From Candidatus Bathyarchaeota archaeon (GTDB taxonomy: Archaea > Thermoproteota > Bathyarchaeia > Bathyarchaeales > Bathycorpusculaceae), in NCBI GenBank assembly GCA_963826715.1, contig CAWGYA010000008.1, forward strand, positions 672,001-736,000: a stretch of DNA of 64,000 bases. Direction: 5' to 3'. A model generated the notes under the pieces. It did no database searches. It had not been told where the DNA came from and saw only the letters and a list, made by a program, of their open reading frames with translations. Shown piece by piece: positions 19,964-29,274 of the stretch (its first letter is position 1; the number at the start of each line of letters is the position of its first letter). The position numbers were made by a program, and so were the translations under genes.

Positions 19964-20272
19964 ATGGTAAGCAAAGATCAAGGAATAGGTGGAGCAATAC
20001 TCGCAGTCTGCGTTATCATTGCAATAGGTTATATTATTACTCTGTTCTGGCCCAGCTGGCTAGGCTACATTGGATTGAACTTTAGCGTCGATGCTGTTCG
20101 TTTCTGGGTTATCGCAATACCGGTCTTCATTGCTTTCGTCGCAATCCTTTTCATAGGTGCATGGATCGGCTGGACAATGGCAACAACACCTCCTCCAAAA
20201 CCAATCGAAGAAATCACAACTGAAATCGAAGACAAAAAAGAAGAGTCAGAAACAACTGCTGAAAAGAAATAA
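19964..20272 (+). CDS. Conserved archaeal two-TM membrane protein
   Basis: Two hydrophobic helices followed by WIGWTMATTPPPKPIEEI. Confidence 0.8.
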   Translation: MVSKDQGIGGAILAVCVIIAIGYIITLFWPSWLGYIGLNFSVDAVRFWVIAIPVFIAFVAILFIGAWIGWTMATTPPPKPIEEITTEIEDKKEESETTAEKK

Positions 20273-20349
20273 CCCTTCCTTTTCACATTTTAATTTTTTT
20301 CCTTTAGTTTTTAATAAATATACGCAAACAAATTTCCTATTCCAATGAA

Positions 20350-20706
20350 TTAAGAGTCATCCCGCATTTTCTTCAGCATACATTCAATGATACTTTTGCA
20401 AAGAACGCACTCGTCGGGGATTTGCTCCTTCTGTGTTCTTTCGCTAAGATATCCCAAATGGAACTGACATGCTGGTGTTGGTTTCTCGTTAAGGTATTTA
20501 CTTGCCTTTTTTTGTGGGATACTTTCTTTAACTTGGCCTTCTTGAATTTTCAGTTTGGGATCTTGAACCTTCGTCAAACAGTATGGACAAGCAAAATAAG
20601 GTTCAGTTGGGTTCGCTTGAAGGTTTAGTGTTTTTAGCGGAACTGTGAAGGTTTGTTGACAAGAAGGATTCTGACAATTGAAAGTTTTCTTCTCGCCCAA
20701 ACTCAT
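20350..20706 (-). CDS. Small Cys-rich putative double zinc-binding protein
   Basis: CQNPSC...CPYC and C-x2-H...CVLC-x5-C. Confidence 0.7.
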   Translation of the reverse strand: MSLGEKKTFNCQNPSCQQTFTVPLKTLNLQANPTEPYFACPYCLTKVQDPKLKIQEGQVKESIPQKKASKYLNEKPTPACQFHLGYLSERTQKEQIPDECVLCKSIIECMLKKMRDDS

Positions 20707-20763
20707 TAAACATACCTTTCCATGTGCTTGAGAAGCGCTGTGAAGTTTATAGTTTTGATGAAG

Positions 20764-21978
20764 CTAAAATATGAATTCTTCATCTTCAACATCACAGGTC
20801 TGATTAGGGGAAGCCAGCTTATGTAATGCATTTGCTCCTTCTGCATAGCCGCTTGCAACGAGCACATCACCGACCTGAATTTTGGTATCCTTGCGAGGGC
20901 GAATGCAACGGTTATCGCGTTTTATAACTAAAACCCACATGCCTGTTTCATCATGTACTCTGACTTCCCGTAGACTCTTGCCGACCAGAGCCGAATCCGC
21001 AGCTACACAAGCTTGCTCAACTGTTTCTTCTGCCTCTTCTATAGCTAACTTTAAAATGGGATGCGGCTCCACGCCACGCAAAACCACTTCTGCCATGTCA
21101 GCTGCGGCGTCCGCAATTTTTTCTGTAGCAATGCCCAAGCGGATTAATCCCAGAAAACCTGATGCTTCTTCCCTTTTGAAACCGCTTGTTAAGGCCAGCA
21201 GTTCAAAGTGGGTATGTAACTTATCCATGCGTTCCTCCAGTTGCTCGACTTCTTCAGCTAGCTCTTTGCTGTTTAGAATCAATGCCGAGTAGGCTAAATC
21301 AATCATCAACTCTGAGGTGTCCTTCAACTCCACAAACTCAGAGACTATTTCTTCGAATTTGGCACGTTTCTCAGTGTCTATGGTGGCAAGTTTGCCTTCA
21401 GCTAAATCTTTGAATTCTTCAACTCCTGACTGTGCGCCACGGGTGATTAGGATGTCACCCTGGAAGACGCTTTCGTTTTTGTTAGGGTTTAATATCCAGT
21501 CGTGATTCCGACGGATAGCTATTATGTCAACGCCCATACTTGCTGCCAAGTCTAGTTCACTGATTTTTTTGTTGACCAAACTTGAGTCTGGTTTAACAGT
21601 TACTTTCATTAACCGCTCTTCAACTTTCTCAAAGATCTCTCCGACAATAGGGTGAATGCCGATGTTATGGGTTACTATACCGGCAATATCAGCTGCAGCA
21701 TCGGAAATTTTGTCAGTTGATGCTGCGACGGTGGAGACACCTATAAGTTGCTCGGCGTCTTTGGGATCTCTCGCAGCAACCATGATTTCCATGTCAAGTA
21801 GATATGATAAATTATCAACGCGGTCTTCCAGTGCCAAAACATCTTCGGCTAGATCTTTATCGTTGTATAGGGCCGAGGAGTATGCGAGATCAATCATTAG
21901 TTCTGAGAGGTTTTTCATTTCCAGCAATAATTGCCTGACGGGAATAGGTTTGTACTCTAATTTTTCGAATTTATGCAA
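20764..21978 (-). CDS. Tandem PhoU-like plus TrkA-C (RCK_C) ion-transport regulatory protein
   Basis: Duplicated EMKNLSELMIDLAYS / ELKDTSELMIDLAYS units, each followed by an RCK_C domain. Confidence 0.88.
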   Translation of the reverse strand: MHKFEKLEYKPIPVRQLLLEMKNLSELMIDLAYSSALYNDKDLAEDVLALEDRVDNLSYLLDMEIMVAARDPKDAEQLIGVSTVAASTDKISDAAADIAGIVTHNIGIHPIVGEIFEKVEERLMKVTVKPDSSLVNKKISELDLAASMGVDIIAIRRNHDWILNPNKNESVFQGDILITRGAQSGVEEFKDLAEGKLATIDTEKRAKFEEIVSEFVELKDTSELMIDLAYSALILNSKELAEEVEQLEERMDKLHTHFELLALTSGFKREEASGFLGLIRLGIATEKIADAAADMAEVVLRGVEPHPILKLAIEEAEETVEQACVAADSALVGKSLREVRVHDETGMWVLVIKRDNRCIRPRKDTKIQVGDVLVASGYAEGANALHKLASPNQTCDVEDEEFIF

Positions 21979-22041
21979 TTTTGAAAGAGCGCTCCAGACC
22001 TAAAAGATACCTTATTCTAGCATATTTTAATTATGCTTTTT

Positions 22042-23205
22042 CTAAATCAATAAGAGGATTGTTATAAACAACGCTATGGTTGTGAAGGCATCTGCTAAAG
22101 AGCTTCCAACGGGGATAACGAAATTGTCAGGGTCCAACCCACGTTTAAATGTTAAAATCGAAATTGCGTAGGAAATTAAGGCAACAGCCGCGAAGGCAAT
22201 CAAATTGGAGATCAAAAGAATTGGCATCAGCCCCAAAATATTATTGACATTGAGTGATCCATTTATTGCCAACGCCAAAAAACCAACGACAATAAAGAGA
22301 AGAAACGTTGCTGCCCATGCGCTAAAGATGTTTTTGGCATGGTTCTTTATTGATGAGAAAGTTGGCGCTAGAATTCCTAGCGTTAACTTAACAGTGGCAA
22401 TGGAACTCACAACTAACCCTGCATCGCCTATCATATCAATCATTGCGGGATAAACAGTGTAGATCGTCTGTTGACCTCCGACGATGTCACTTATTCCTTT
22501 GAGAAATGTGCCGGTAATGTTAACCAAGAACGCTACCAAAAGCATAGTTGGGAGGGCCTCTTTGATTATTTGGCGAAAATCTGCGTCCCGAATATTTAAT
22601 GGTACAATAAAGAGAACCAATAACACATTGATGAGTCCAAATAGTATAATAGCCCATCTGCCGAAACCGCCTGAGAAGTACAGATTGAGCATTGCAATAT
22701 AGAGGAAGGTTATTATTATATTGGCAACGGTTGAAGTGAGAGGGTATCCAATGGTGTCGGGATCTAAGCTTCTTTTGAAAGAGATAAAGGTGACTTTTAC
22801 GGTTGTCAAGGTGATTAAAAGTCCCAGGGAAAGTGTTGCCAACATAACCGAGAGAATAGCGGGGAACTCGTTGATGTTGACTCCCCAAAAGAGGTTTCCA
22901 AAAAGAATTGCTATGACACTGATTGTAGCGCTTGTCGCCAAGGTCAAAACAACCATGGCGCCAATGAGTTTATAGAAGCTTTTGGTGTTGCCCAAAAACT
23001 TTGGGTGAATTGTTCCCAGATGCAGGGCGGTGCTTAAGCGACCAGTTAGCAATCCGGTGATGACGCTTTTCACGCTAATTACTGCAGGGTAAAGCGCAAT
23101 AGCCCATGGGGCCATGTTGAAGACGCCCAGTTGTAAGGCAATCATGAAACCGGCTACTAAGCCGCCGATATCAAAGAGGCATGCCAGCGAGGTCTCTTTA
23201 AACAT
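22042..23205 (-). CDS. MgtE/SLC41-family divalent cation transporter
   Basis: Two membrane repeats ending in LDPDTIGYP and GLDPDNFVIP. The start may lie upstream, at ATC 23241. Confidence 0.88.
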   Translation of the reverse strand: MFKETSLACLFDIGGLVAGFMIALQLGVFNMAPWAIALYPAVISVKSVITGLLTGRLSTALHLGTIHPKFLGNTKSFYKLIGAMVVLTLATSATISVIAILFGNLFWGVNINEFPAILSVMLATLSLGLLITLTTVKVTFISFKRSLDPDTIGYPLTSTVANIIITFLYIAMLNLYFSGGFGRWAIILFGLINVLLVLFIVPLNIRDADFRQIIKEALPTMLLVAFLVNITGTFLKGISDIVGGQQTIYTVYPAMIDMIGDAGLVVSSIATVKLTLGILAPTFSSIKNHAKNIFSAWAATFLLFIVVGFLALAINGSLNVNNILGLMPILLISNLIAFAAVALISYAISILTFKRGLDPDNFVIPVGSSLADAFTTIALFITILLLI

Positions 23206-23253
23206 GCCAAAGAAACCTTTTGAGATGCCAGCATGTGAGATGTTGGCGACCTC

Positions 23254-23373
23254 CTAGTATCCATTATTTTTTAATAAATAAAAGTCATAAGCCACTTTTC
23301 TGATGCTTTGGTCCTGAAGATTGGGTGTTGCTTTTTGTTCTTCAGTTTGTTGGGTGTTGTGGACATTTATCAT
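23254..23373 (-). CDS. 39-aa ORF directly upstream of the MgtE gene (possible leader peptide)
   Basis: GAGG SD then ATG: MINVHNTQQTEEQKATPNLQDQSIRKVAYDFYLLKNNGY*. The stop overlaps the GGAGG of the next gene. Confidence 0.5.
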   Translation of the reverse strand: MINVHNTQQTEEQKATPNLQDQSIRKVAYDFYLLKNNGY

Positions 23374-23782
23374 GTTTTCGCCTCTTTCTGTTTGGCGGTC
23401 CACACTTCACTTACGCGCCGTGTTTGGGCTGCCAAGCCTCAATTAATTGATTGTTGAAGTTTGTGAAAGACAGCTTTAGCTTAAATAGATTATGTATTGG
23501 GTTGTTTGAGTTTTGGATTAGTTGGATTTATGCCCAAAACTGGTGTTAGATAAATAAGGATACTGTAAGTTTGCTGCTGTTTCATTTTCTTAGATCCAAT
23601 TTTTGTTATAGATTATGCTTTGTACTTCTTTATGTTGATGTTATTTCGACTGATAGCTGGGGTTTATTGGGTGTATTTATGATTTTGATTTTTTTCTAGG
23701 CTTATACTGGCAAGCAAATCTGCTTTTCTTAGCTTTGAAAGAGGAAAAGGATCAACATGACGTTAACTGCCTCATATTTGTT

Positions 23783-25855
23783 TTATCTTTTTTTGGGTTG
23801 ATAAACACACCAAGGGTCTTCGGATAGGTAATCACTTCTCTGTTCTGAAGGTACGTGGAGGTCTCCGCAGTAATCGATGAAGTCACTTGATAGTCCGTAG
23901 GCGCGGGCTCGGCATCCGCCACAGATGGTTTTGTGTTCGCATATGCCACATTTACCCTTAAGACAATTTGGGTTACGAAGGTTTTTGAGCACTGGCGAGT
24001 TAAACCAGATTTCTTTGAAGCTTTGTTCTCTAACGTTGCCTAATTTAATTGGTAAGTACGGGCAGGGAGTTACGTCGCCGTTGGGGTAAATGCGGCAGTA
24101 ATGCATTCCTGCGATGCAGCCACGAATCCATTGTCGCATGTCCAAACCCATTCCCTGAGCAATTCTCATAAATTGAGGTGCACAGGATGGACGCACGTTT
24201 AGGCGATGCTTGTGGGCTTTGGCAAATGTTTTGGTTATCATCTCTTCGTACTTCTGAGGTGATATATCAGTGAGTTTGGTTGCGCGCCCAGTGGGGACAA
24301 GGAAGAAGAGGTGGAAGTTCTCTACGCCGATTGATTCTGCAAGCGTCAGGATATCATCTATTTGATCATAGTTTTCATGTGTAAGGGTTGTGTTGACTTG
24401 GACAAGTACGTTGTTTTTGCGTAATGCTTTGCATGCATTGACCGCTCTTTCCCAAGCATTTGTTACCCCTCGGAAATCGTCATGCTGCGCTGGAATATGA
24501 GAATCAAGGCTGATTGAAACTGTTGCAATTCCTGCCGCCTTGAGCTTTTTAGCTACTTTGTCGTCGATGAGATATCCATTGCTTCCCAATCCCATCTTCA
24601 GTCCTTTCGATGATCCGTATTCTATGAGTTCAAAGATGTCTGATCGTAGAAGTGGTTCGCCTCCACTAAGCACTAATAGTGGTCTGCTTACTTCGTAAAT
24701 TTGGTCCATAAGCAGTTTGCCTTCTCTGGTGGAAAGTTCGTTTATTTGTTTCTTATCGTTGGCGTTGATGTAGCAATGGTGGCATTTCATGTTGCATTCT
24801 CGTGTGACGTTCCAAGATAGGATTAGTGGCACAAACTGATTTTTAGTCTGGGCTTGTGGTGTATAAGCGAGTTTTAGGTAGAATTCGCAGTTGCCATGTG
24901 TAGCGATGAGTTTGGGTTGCCATAGCGTGAAAGGAAACGGAAGCACTGTATTGAGCATGGCTTTAGCGTGAGCGAAACAGAAATGCGTGCAGAATAACGC
25001 TGACACTTTTGGGTCAACTCCATATTTTTCTTGACCGACTTTATGGCTGCCATGTATAGGGCAATTCAGGAACTCCATGTGCCCGTCTAGTCCCTCCATA
25101 TCCATGCTCATTTTGATGTAGTGATCGCTGAGCATCACTGATTGTAGTTTTTCCCGTCGCATTCCTACTTTAAGCGTTACGTCAAGGGCGATGTTGACTG
25201 TTTCCTCCCCAAACTTATCCTGTACATTAGCCATCACCGCTTCAACTTTTTCAAACCCAAAAGCTTTTACAAGCTTTGTCAAAACCAGCAATCCAATGAT
25301 GGTTTCATTTTCTTGCAAAAGGCGCATCAGAATAACATTCTGTGTCCAGTCGTCAAACAACTTTTCAAGTGCTTCCGCTGCACTTGGGTCGCTATTGGTT
25401 AGCTTTGCTTCTACTTGCATAGTTTGTTGTTTGAGCTTGGTGAACAGAGAGATTTTCTCTTGTGAGTTCAGATGTTTGGTTTTAGTGATTATATCTGCGC
25501 CATAGTTTAGGACGGTGATTTTTTTTGTGAGTTCTTGGGCGTCGGCGTAGAATTCTCCGTAAAATTGGTTTAGGTCGGCTTCAACGTCAGGTGGCTCAAT
25601 GGCTAGTTCGCTAAGGAGCACTTGAGTTTCTGACTCCATCTTGGTTACCATAGCCATATGGTAGAGTAGTGAACCCATCATGCCTGGATCTGCTTTTTTG
25701 CCTCCTTGGACACCGGTGAAGATTTGATTGCTCAGCTGATTTGCTAGCTCAAAATCTTTTCCCTTTATTGCGGCTACTGCCTGGTCAAGCTTGACTTTCC
25801 TTTCAACAAGTAGCTGCGCCCATTTATGACATTGTCTAACGTCAAAGTTTGTCAT
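23783..25855 (-). CDS. Radical SAM/SPASM enzyme (AhbC/AhbD/NirJ-like) with a ~340-aa N-terminal extension
   Basis: WNVTRECNMKCHHC, LSGGEPLLR and SPASM cysteines CIAG...C...TPC...CGIC-x5-CGGCRARA. Confidence 0.88.
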   Translation of the reverse strand: MTNFDVRQCHKWAQLLVERKVKLDQAVAAIKGKDFELANQLSNQIFTGVQGGKKADPGMMGSLLYHMAMVTKMESETQVLLSELAIEPPDVEADLNQFYGEFYADAQELTKKITVLNYGADIITKTKHLNSQEKISLFTKLKQQTMQVEAKLTNSDPSAAEALEKLFDDWTQNVILMRLLQENETIIGLLVLTKLVKAFGFEKVEAVMANVQDKFGEETVNIALDVTLKVGMRREKLQSVMLSDHYIKMSMDMEGLDGHMEFLNCPIHGSHKVGQEKYGVDPKVSALFCTHFCFAHAKAMLNTVLPFPFTLWQPKLIATHGNCEFYLKLAYTPQAQTKNQFVPLILSWNVTRECNMKCHHCYINANDKKQINELSTREGKLLMDQIYEVSRPLLVLSGGEPLLRSDIFELIEYGSSKGLKMGLGSNGYLIDDKVAKKLKAAGIATVSISLDSHIPAQHDDFRGVTNAWERAVNACKALRKNNVLVQVNTTLTHENYDQIDDILTLAESIGVENFHLFFLVPTGRATKLTDISPQKYEEMITKTFAKAHKHRLNVRPSCAPQFMRIAQGMGLDMRQWIRGCIAGMHYCRIYPNGDVTPCPYLPIKLGNVREQSFKEIWFNSPVLKNLRNPNCLKGKCGICEHKTICGGCRARAYGLSSDFIDYCGDLHVPSEQRSDYLSEDPWCVYQPKKR

Positions 25856-26002
25856 GTGTCCAACCCCTAAAGCATTAGAGTCACCTTATAGGGTAAAAAA
25901 AGATAGCGGTGTCTTACTTACTATAGGCTTATTCATCTAAATGCTGCAGTGAGACTTCGATAAGCTAATTAACTCCGAGGGAAACATAGCCACATAAGAA
26001 GG

Positions 26003-26332
26003 ATGAACCGTTTGAATTTAGACGCAAACATGATTAATCTACTTCTTGCTTTAGTCGGTTTCCTCGTTATGTTCGGTTATCTTGGTGGTATTGGCATTAA
26101 CAAACCCCGCGGCATGAGCATGAAAACGTGGTGCGCTGGCTATCTTGCTATCGCAATAGTTTTTGATGTCTTAGCCATCATCGGTATGGTTTTTGGCTAT
26201 ACCTGGTTAACGTACTTGCTGGTTGGTCTAGCTGCAGGTGCCTCAACTGGGTTAGCACTGCATGTTGCCCACCATATAAGTGAGGAAAACGAACATGAAC
26301 ATGGCGAGAACATTTCTATCATGGGGATTTAA
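26003..26332 (+). CDS. Small three-TM membrane protein with a His/Glu-rich tail
   Basis: Three hydrophobic segments and C-terminal HVAHHISEENEHEH. Confidence 0.7.
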   Translation: MNRLNLDANMINLLLALVGFLVMFGYLGGIGINKPRGMSMKTWCAGYLAIAIVFDVLAIIGMVFGYTWLTYLLVGLAAGASTGLALHVAHHISEENEHEHGENISIMGI

Positions 26333-26598
26333 CCCCGCTTCAACCCTTTTCGTTTTCTTCTTATCTACTTTGCCTACCTTTGCAATCGACATCATAGACG
26401 CGGACCGTGAATTGATAACTCCAACACTGCGCTATCTCTTTTGCATTGGAGGAGGCAAGTTATAGTTAGAGCTGGAAAGGGTTAGATTGAATGGTTTGGA
26501 TATAACAGTCAAGTATTGCAAAAAATATTTTATTTGGGGTTGTGAAGCGAAGGTGCTAAATAGTCATTTAGCGATACCTAACCTTTAGGGCAAAAAAT

Positions 26599-27324
26599 AT
26601 GCGCAAATTCATCATGGTAGTTTTGATTGCATTGATATTTGTCTTTGTCTTCAGTGGTATACTCGCGTGGACTTATCGCGGAAGTCTAAGCCCCAAAGCT
26701 GACCTTGAAGCTATTCAGCAAATCAGAGACGAAACCATACTCTATATATCCGCAAACCATACTGAAACATCTCCACTATTAAATAATCTCTCTTGGAGCG
26801 GCGGCAACTTAAATCATGGTGTTTTAGCCACTGAAACTTATCTTTTTATAAGTGGCAATTGGGAAATTAAAATCTCTTACCCCGTTGTTACTAATCCCAT
26901 ATACAGCGTTTGCGCCAACTACACTTCGCAGGAAGCAAGAGTAATCTGGAAAGGCGATTGCCAGGATGGCATACTAAAAGAGGTAAGTAGTGATATAACC
27001 TTGAATAATTCAGGTTTAATGACTCAGCCGCAAATCCGTGATTTAGCCATGAACTACATCAAAATATTCCACAATGAAACAGCTTCCTATATGTCGAGTC
27101 TCAATTGGGCGGGTGGAAGAGTTACTGTTAATGGTTTATTTGGCTCAGAAACTTATACTTACCTTAGTACTGGTTGGAATGTAACCCTAAAGTACCCAGT
27201 TGTTCCTAATCCCATTTACACAATAACTGTTCAGTACGTATCTTCAGGTTTATCATTGATTAACTGGCAGGGTACGTTGCAGGATGGCCTCATAATCGAA
27301 ACAGCCTACGATTACACCCAATAA
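26599..27324 (+). CDS. Exported or membrane-anchored protein with two internal repeats
   Basis: N-terminal signal/TM; the unit QIRD...WxGG...ETY...W...YPVVxNPIY occurs twice. Confidence 0.8.
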   Translation: MRKFIMVVLIALIFVFVFSGILAWTYRGSLSPKADLEAIQQIRDETILYISANHTETSPLLNNLSWSGGNLNHGVLATETYLFISGNWEIKISYPVVTNPIYSVCANYTSQEARVIWKGDCQDGILKEVSSDITLNNSGLMTQPQIRDLAMNYIKIFHNETASYMSSLNWAGGRVTVNGLFGSETYTYLSTGWNVTLKYPVVPNPIYTITVQYVSSGLSLINWQGTLQDGLIIETAYDYTQ

Positions 27325-27707
27325 CCTCTCTTTCTGTTTGCTGTTATCTAGAATTATAGTAATTTTTTTAGCTGTCTTAAGTAAAAGAATTTCTATTAGG
27401 ATAAAAAAATTGTTTTCTTTTCAATAGAAGAAAAGTATCTGTGGGGGTTGTTTCTTCTTCTTTATTTTATGTCGTATTGTATAGTAAGATGTGACTCGTC
27501 TTGCTCTAAACTGTAAACTATGTATGAAGTTTAGGTATTTTACTCTTAAGGCTTCACCTAATTGGCGAGACATTTACAAGTGGGCAGACAAATCCACACT
27601 GATGGATCTTAGCAAAATGGATTGTATTTTTCGAACTTTCAAAGGATTCAACTTCGTTAATATGTAATTTAATAGATCTGCTAAATTCGATGAGGGTGAA
27701 AAACCTG

Positions 27708-28286
27708 CTACATTTTTGGGTGTTTATTAATGAGTTGCAGAAGCCTCTCAAAACCATTCATATACGTGAATAATTCTTGGACAGGTGCGTCCTCTATGAC
27801 CAATATTTCGCTGGTTGAATATATGCAGCCATCAACCATCAAGTTATCTGTCAACTCTAATTCTTCAATGAACATGCCCTTTTCATCCCACAACCTTCCC
27901 CCTTCGCCTCGTTTGACTTGATTATTTAGGGCTTCTATAGTGCGCTGGGAAAACTGTATCGTAACGTTCGTGTAGGCAAAAACTTTTTTGCCGAGGCCAT
28001 GTGCAAACCCAATTTCATAAACTGTTCCTACGTCTGCGCTTGGACCACGAAACGGTGTTATGTTGGCAACTACGATTTCACAACTACGAATCAAATCCTC
28101 ATTTACTCTGCTAATAGCTAACCCCAGTTCTCTTGGGTTCTTATCCTTCCCACTAACTTCAACATCTAAGGGAAAAACACCTTCAAACCCGTGTTTTTTG
28201 CATAACGCTTTTTTGCGTTCAGAAATTTTTTTTGCGTTGAATAGGAACACTTCAGGTCCAGCGAGGTAAACCCTTTTGGTAGTCAC
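27708..28286 (-). CDS. Nucleoside 2-deoxyribosyltransferase family protein
   Basis: VYLAGPEVF and ANITPFRGPSADVGTVYEIGFAHGLGK. Confidence 0.9.
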   Translation of the reverse strand: MTTKRVYLAGPEVFLFNAKKISERKKALCKKHGFEGVFPLDVEVSGKDKNPRELGLAISRVNEDLIRSCEIVVANITPFRGPSADVGTVYEIGFAHGLGKKVFAYTNVTIQFSQRTIEALNNQVKRGEGGRLWDEKGMFIEELELTDNLMVDGCIYSTSEILVIEDAPVQELFTYMNGFERLLQLINKHPKM

Positions 28287-28558
28287 GCGTTTTTGCCTCG
28301 AGATAACTTTAGCCGTGTTGTTATTAAAGAATTTTAAGCGCGGTCTCAGGAAAGGCTCGAACGAATATATATAACTTACAATTTAATGAGGTGATTAGAG
28401 TTGAATGCTAAACTCTTTTTTTATATGCTTTTGTCTATGCTGTTTGAATTCTGTTTGTATTTTGTTTAGTGTTTCACAACTTTTATGAACAAATCTTAAC
28501 TAAATTTATATTTGCCTAAACATGTTAATTGTGTTAGACCAATAGGGGATTAATCAAA

Positions 28559-28738
28559 ATGCAAACTGAACTGAGTTATAGACTCTTAGAAGGCATTAAA
28601 AAGACTGGAATCCGGATGACAGTAATACTTGAGGAGATTGAAAAGATCGTATTACTGACTGCCTTTAAAGTAATTTTTACATGTACTTCCTTGGCTCTTG
28701 ATAGGTTTTCCCAAGATGGTAAGCCGCTAAATAATTAA
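28559..28738 (+). CDS. Possible 59-aa hypothetical protein
   Basis: ATG after a GGGGA SD-like motif: MQTELSYRLLEGIKKTGIRMTVILEEIEKIVLL...; no family recognised. Confidence 0.35.
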   Translation: MQTELSYRLLEGIKKTGIRMTVILEEIEKIVLLTAFKVIFTCTSLALDRFSQDGKPLNN

Positions 28739-28840
28739 ATAACTTAAACAATTTCCTACAACAGGAACAACGAAATCTCCTTTTAAAATGAAAGAAAGCC
28801 CAAAAAGAAGCTAGTAGGGTTTTGTCCTAAGGTATGTTGT

Positions 28841-28962
28841 TGGCGCCGGGGAAGGGATTCGAACCCCTGCGAGCACGAAGCCCACCAGCTATCTTGCCGT
28901 TTGATCTGGCTGCCCATTTTTAGATCTCGAGGCTGGCGCGATAACCACTCCGCCACCCCGGC
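28841..28962 (-). tRNA. tRNA-Ser(CGA) with a 35-nt intron at 37/38 (28891-28925); CCA encoded
   Basis: GCCGGGG acceptor stem, CCAGC/GCTGG anticodon stem with CT-CGA-GA loop after intron removal, long variable arm, GGTTCGAATCC T arm and G73 discriminator. Confidence 0.93.
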
Positions 28963-29274
28963 TCCAGCCATTAAAGTGGGGTTCCCTCTAAAAGAGTTTT
29001 TCAATGCCTGAGGGGGTCTAAAGTCCCCGTTTTTTTAGGAAGGCTTAAGTTGTTTGAACCCACGATTGATTATACCAGGGTACTTTGGAAAATAAGCGCG
29101 GTTAAAAACTAACTTTAAACAAGGGTGTTTGTCTAATAGTTGAACAGATTTATCCGCAATTACCTTTGAAAGTGCGTTTTTGCTTTCTGCGCGGTTTAAT
29201 CATGCTTTTGCGTTTTTAATGGCAACGTTTATAACTATAATTACTATTTGCTAAAGGCGCGAAGCTGAAGTACA

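Noticed and set aside
25900-28840. Integrated element at the 3' end of tRNA-Ser
   Set aside because: AT-rich and accessory-looking, but I saw no integrase and no duplicate of the tRNA 3' end.
28841-28962. Alternative reading as tRNA-Leu(CAA)
   Set aside because: The acceptor stem, G73 discriminator and clean CT-CGA-GA loop fit Ser; the CAA lies in the intron.
28783-29004. 73-aa ORF
   Set aside because: It is a translation of the tRNA-Ser gene.
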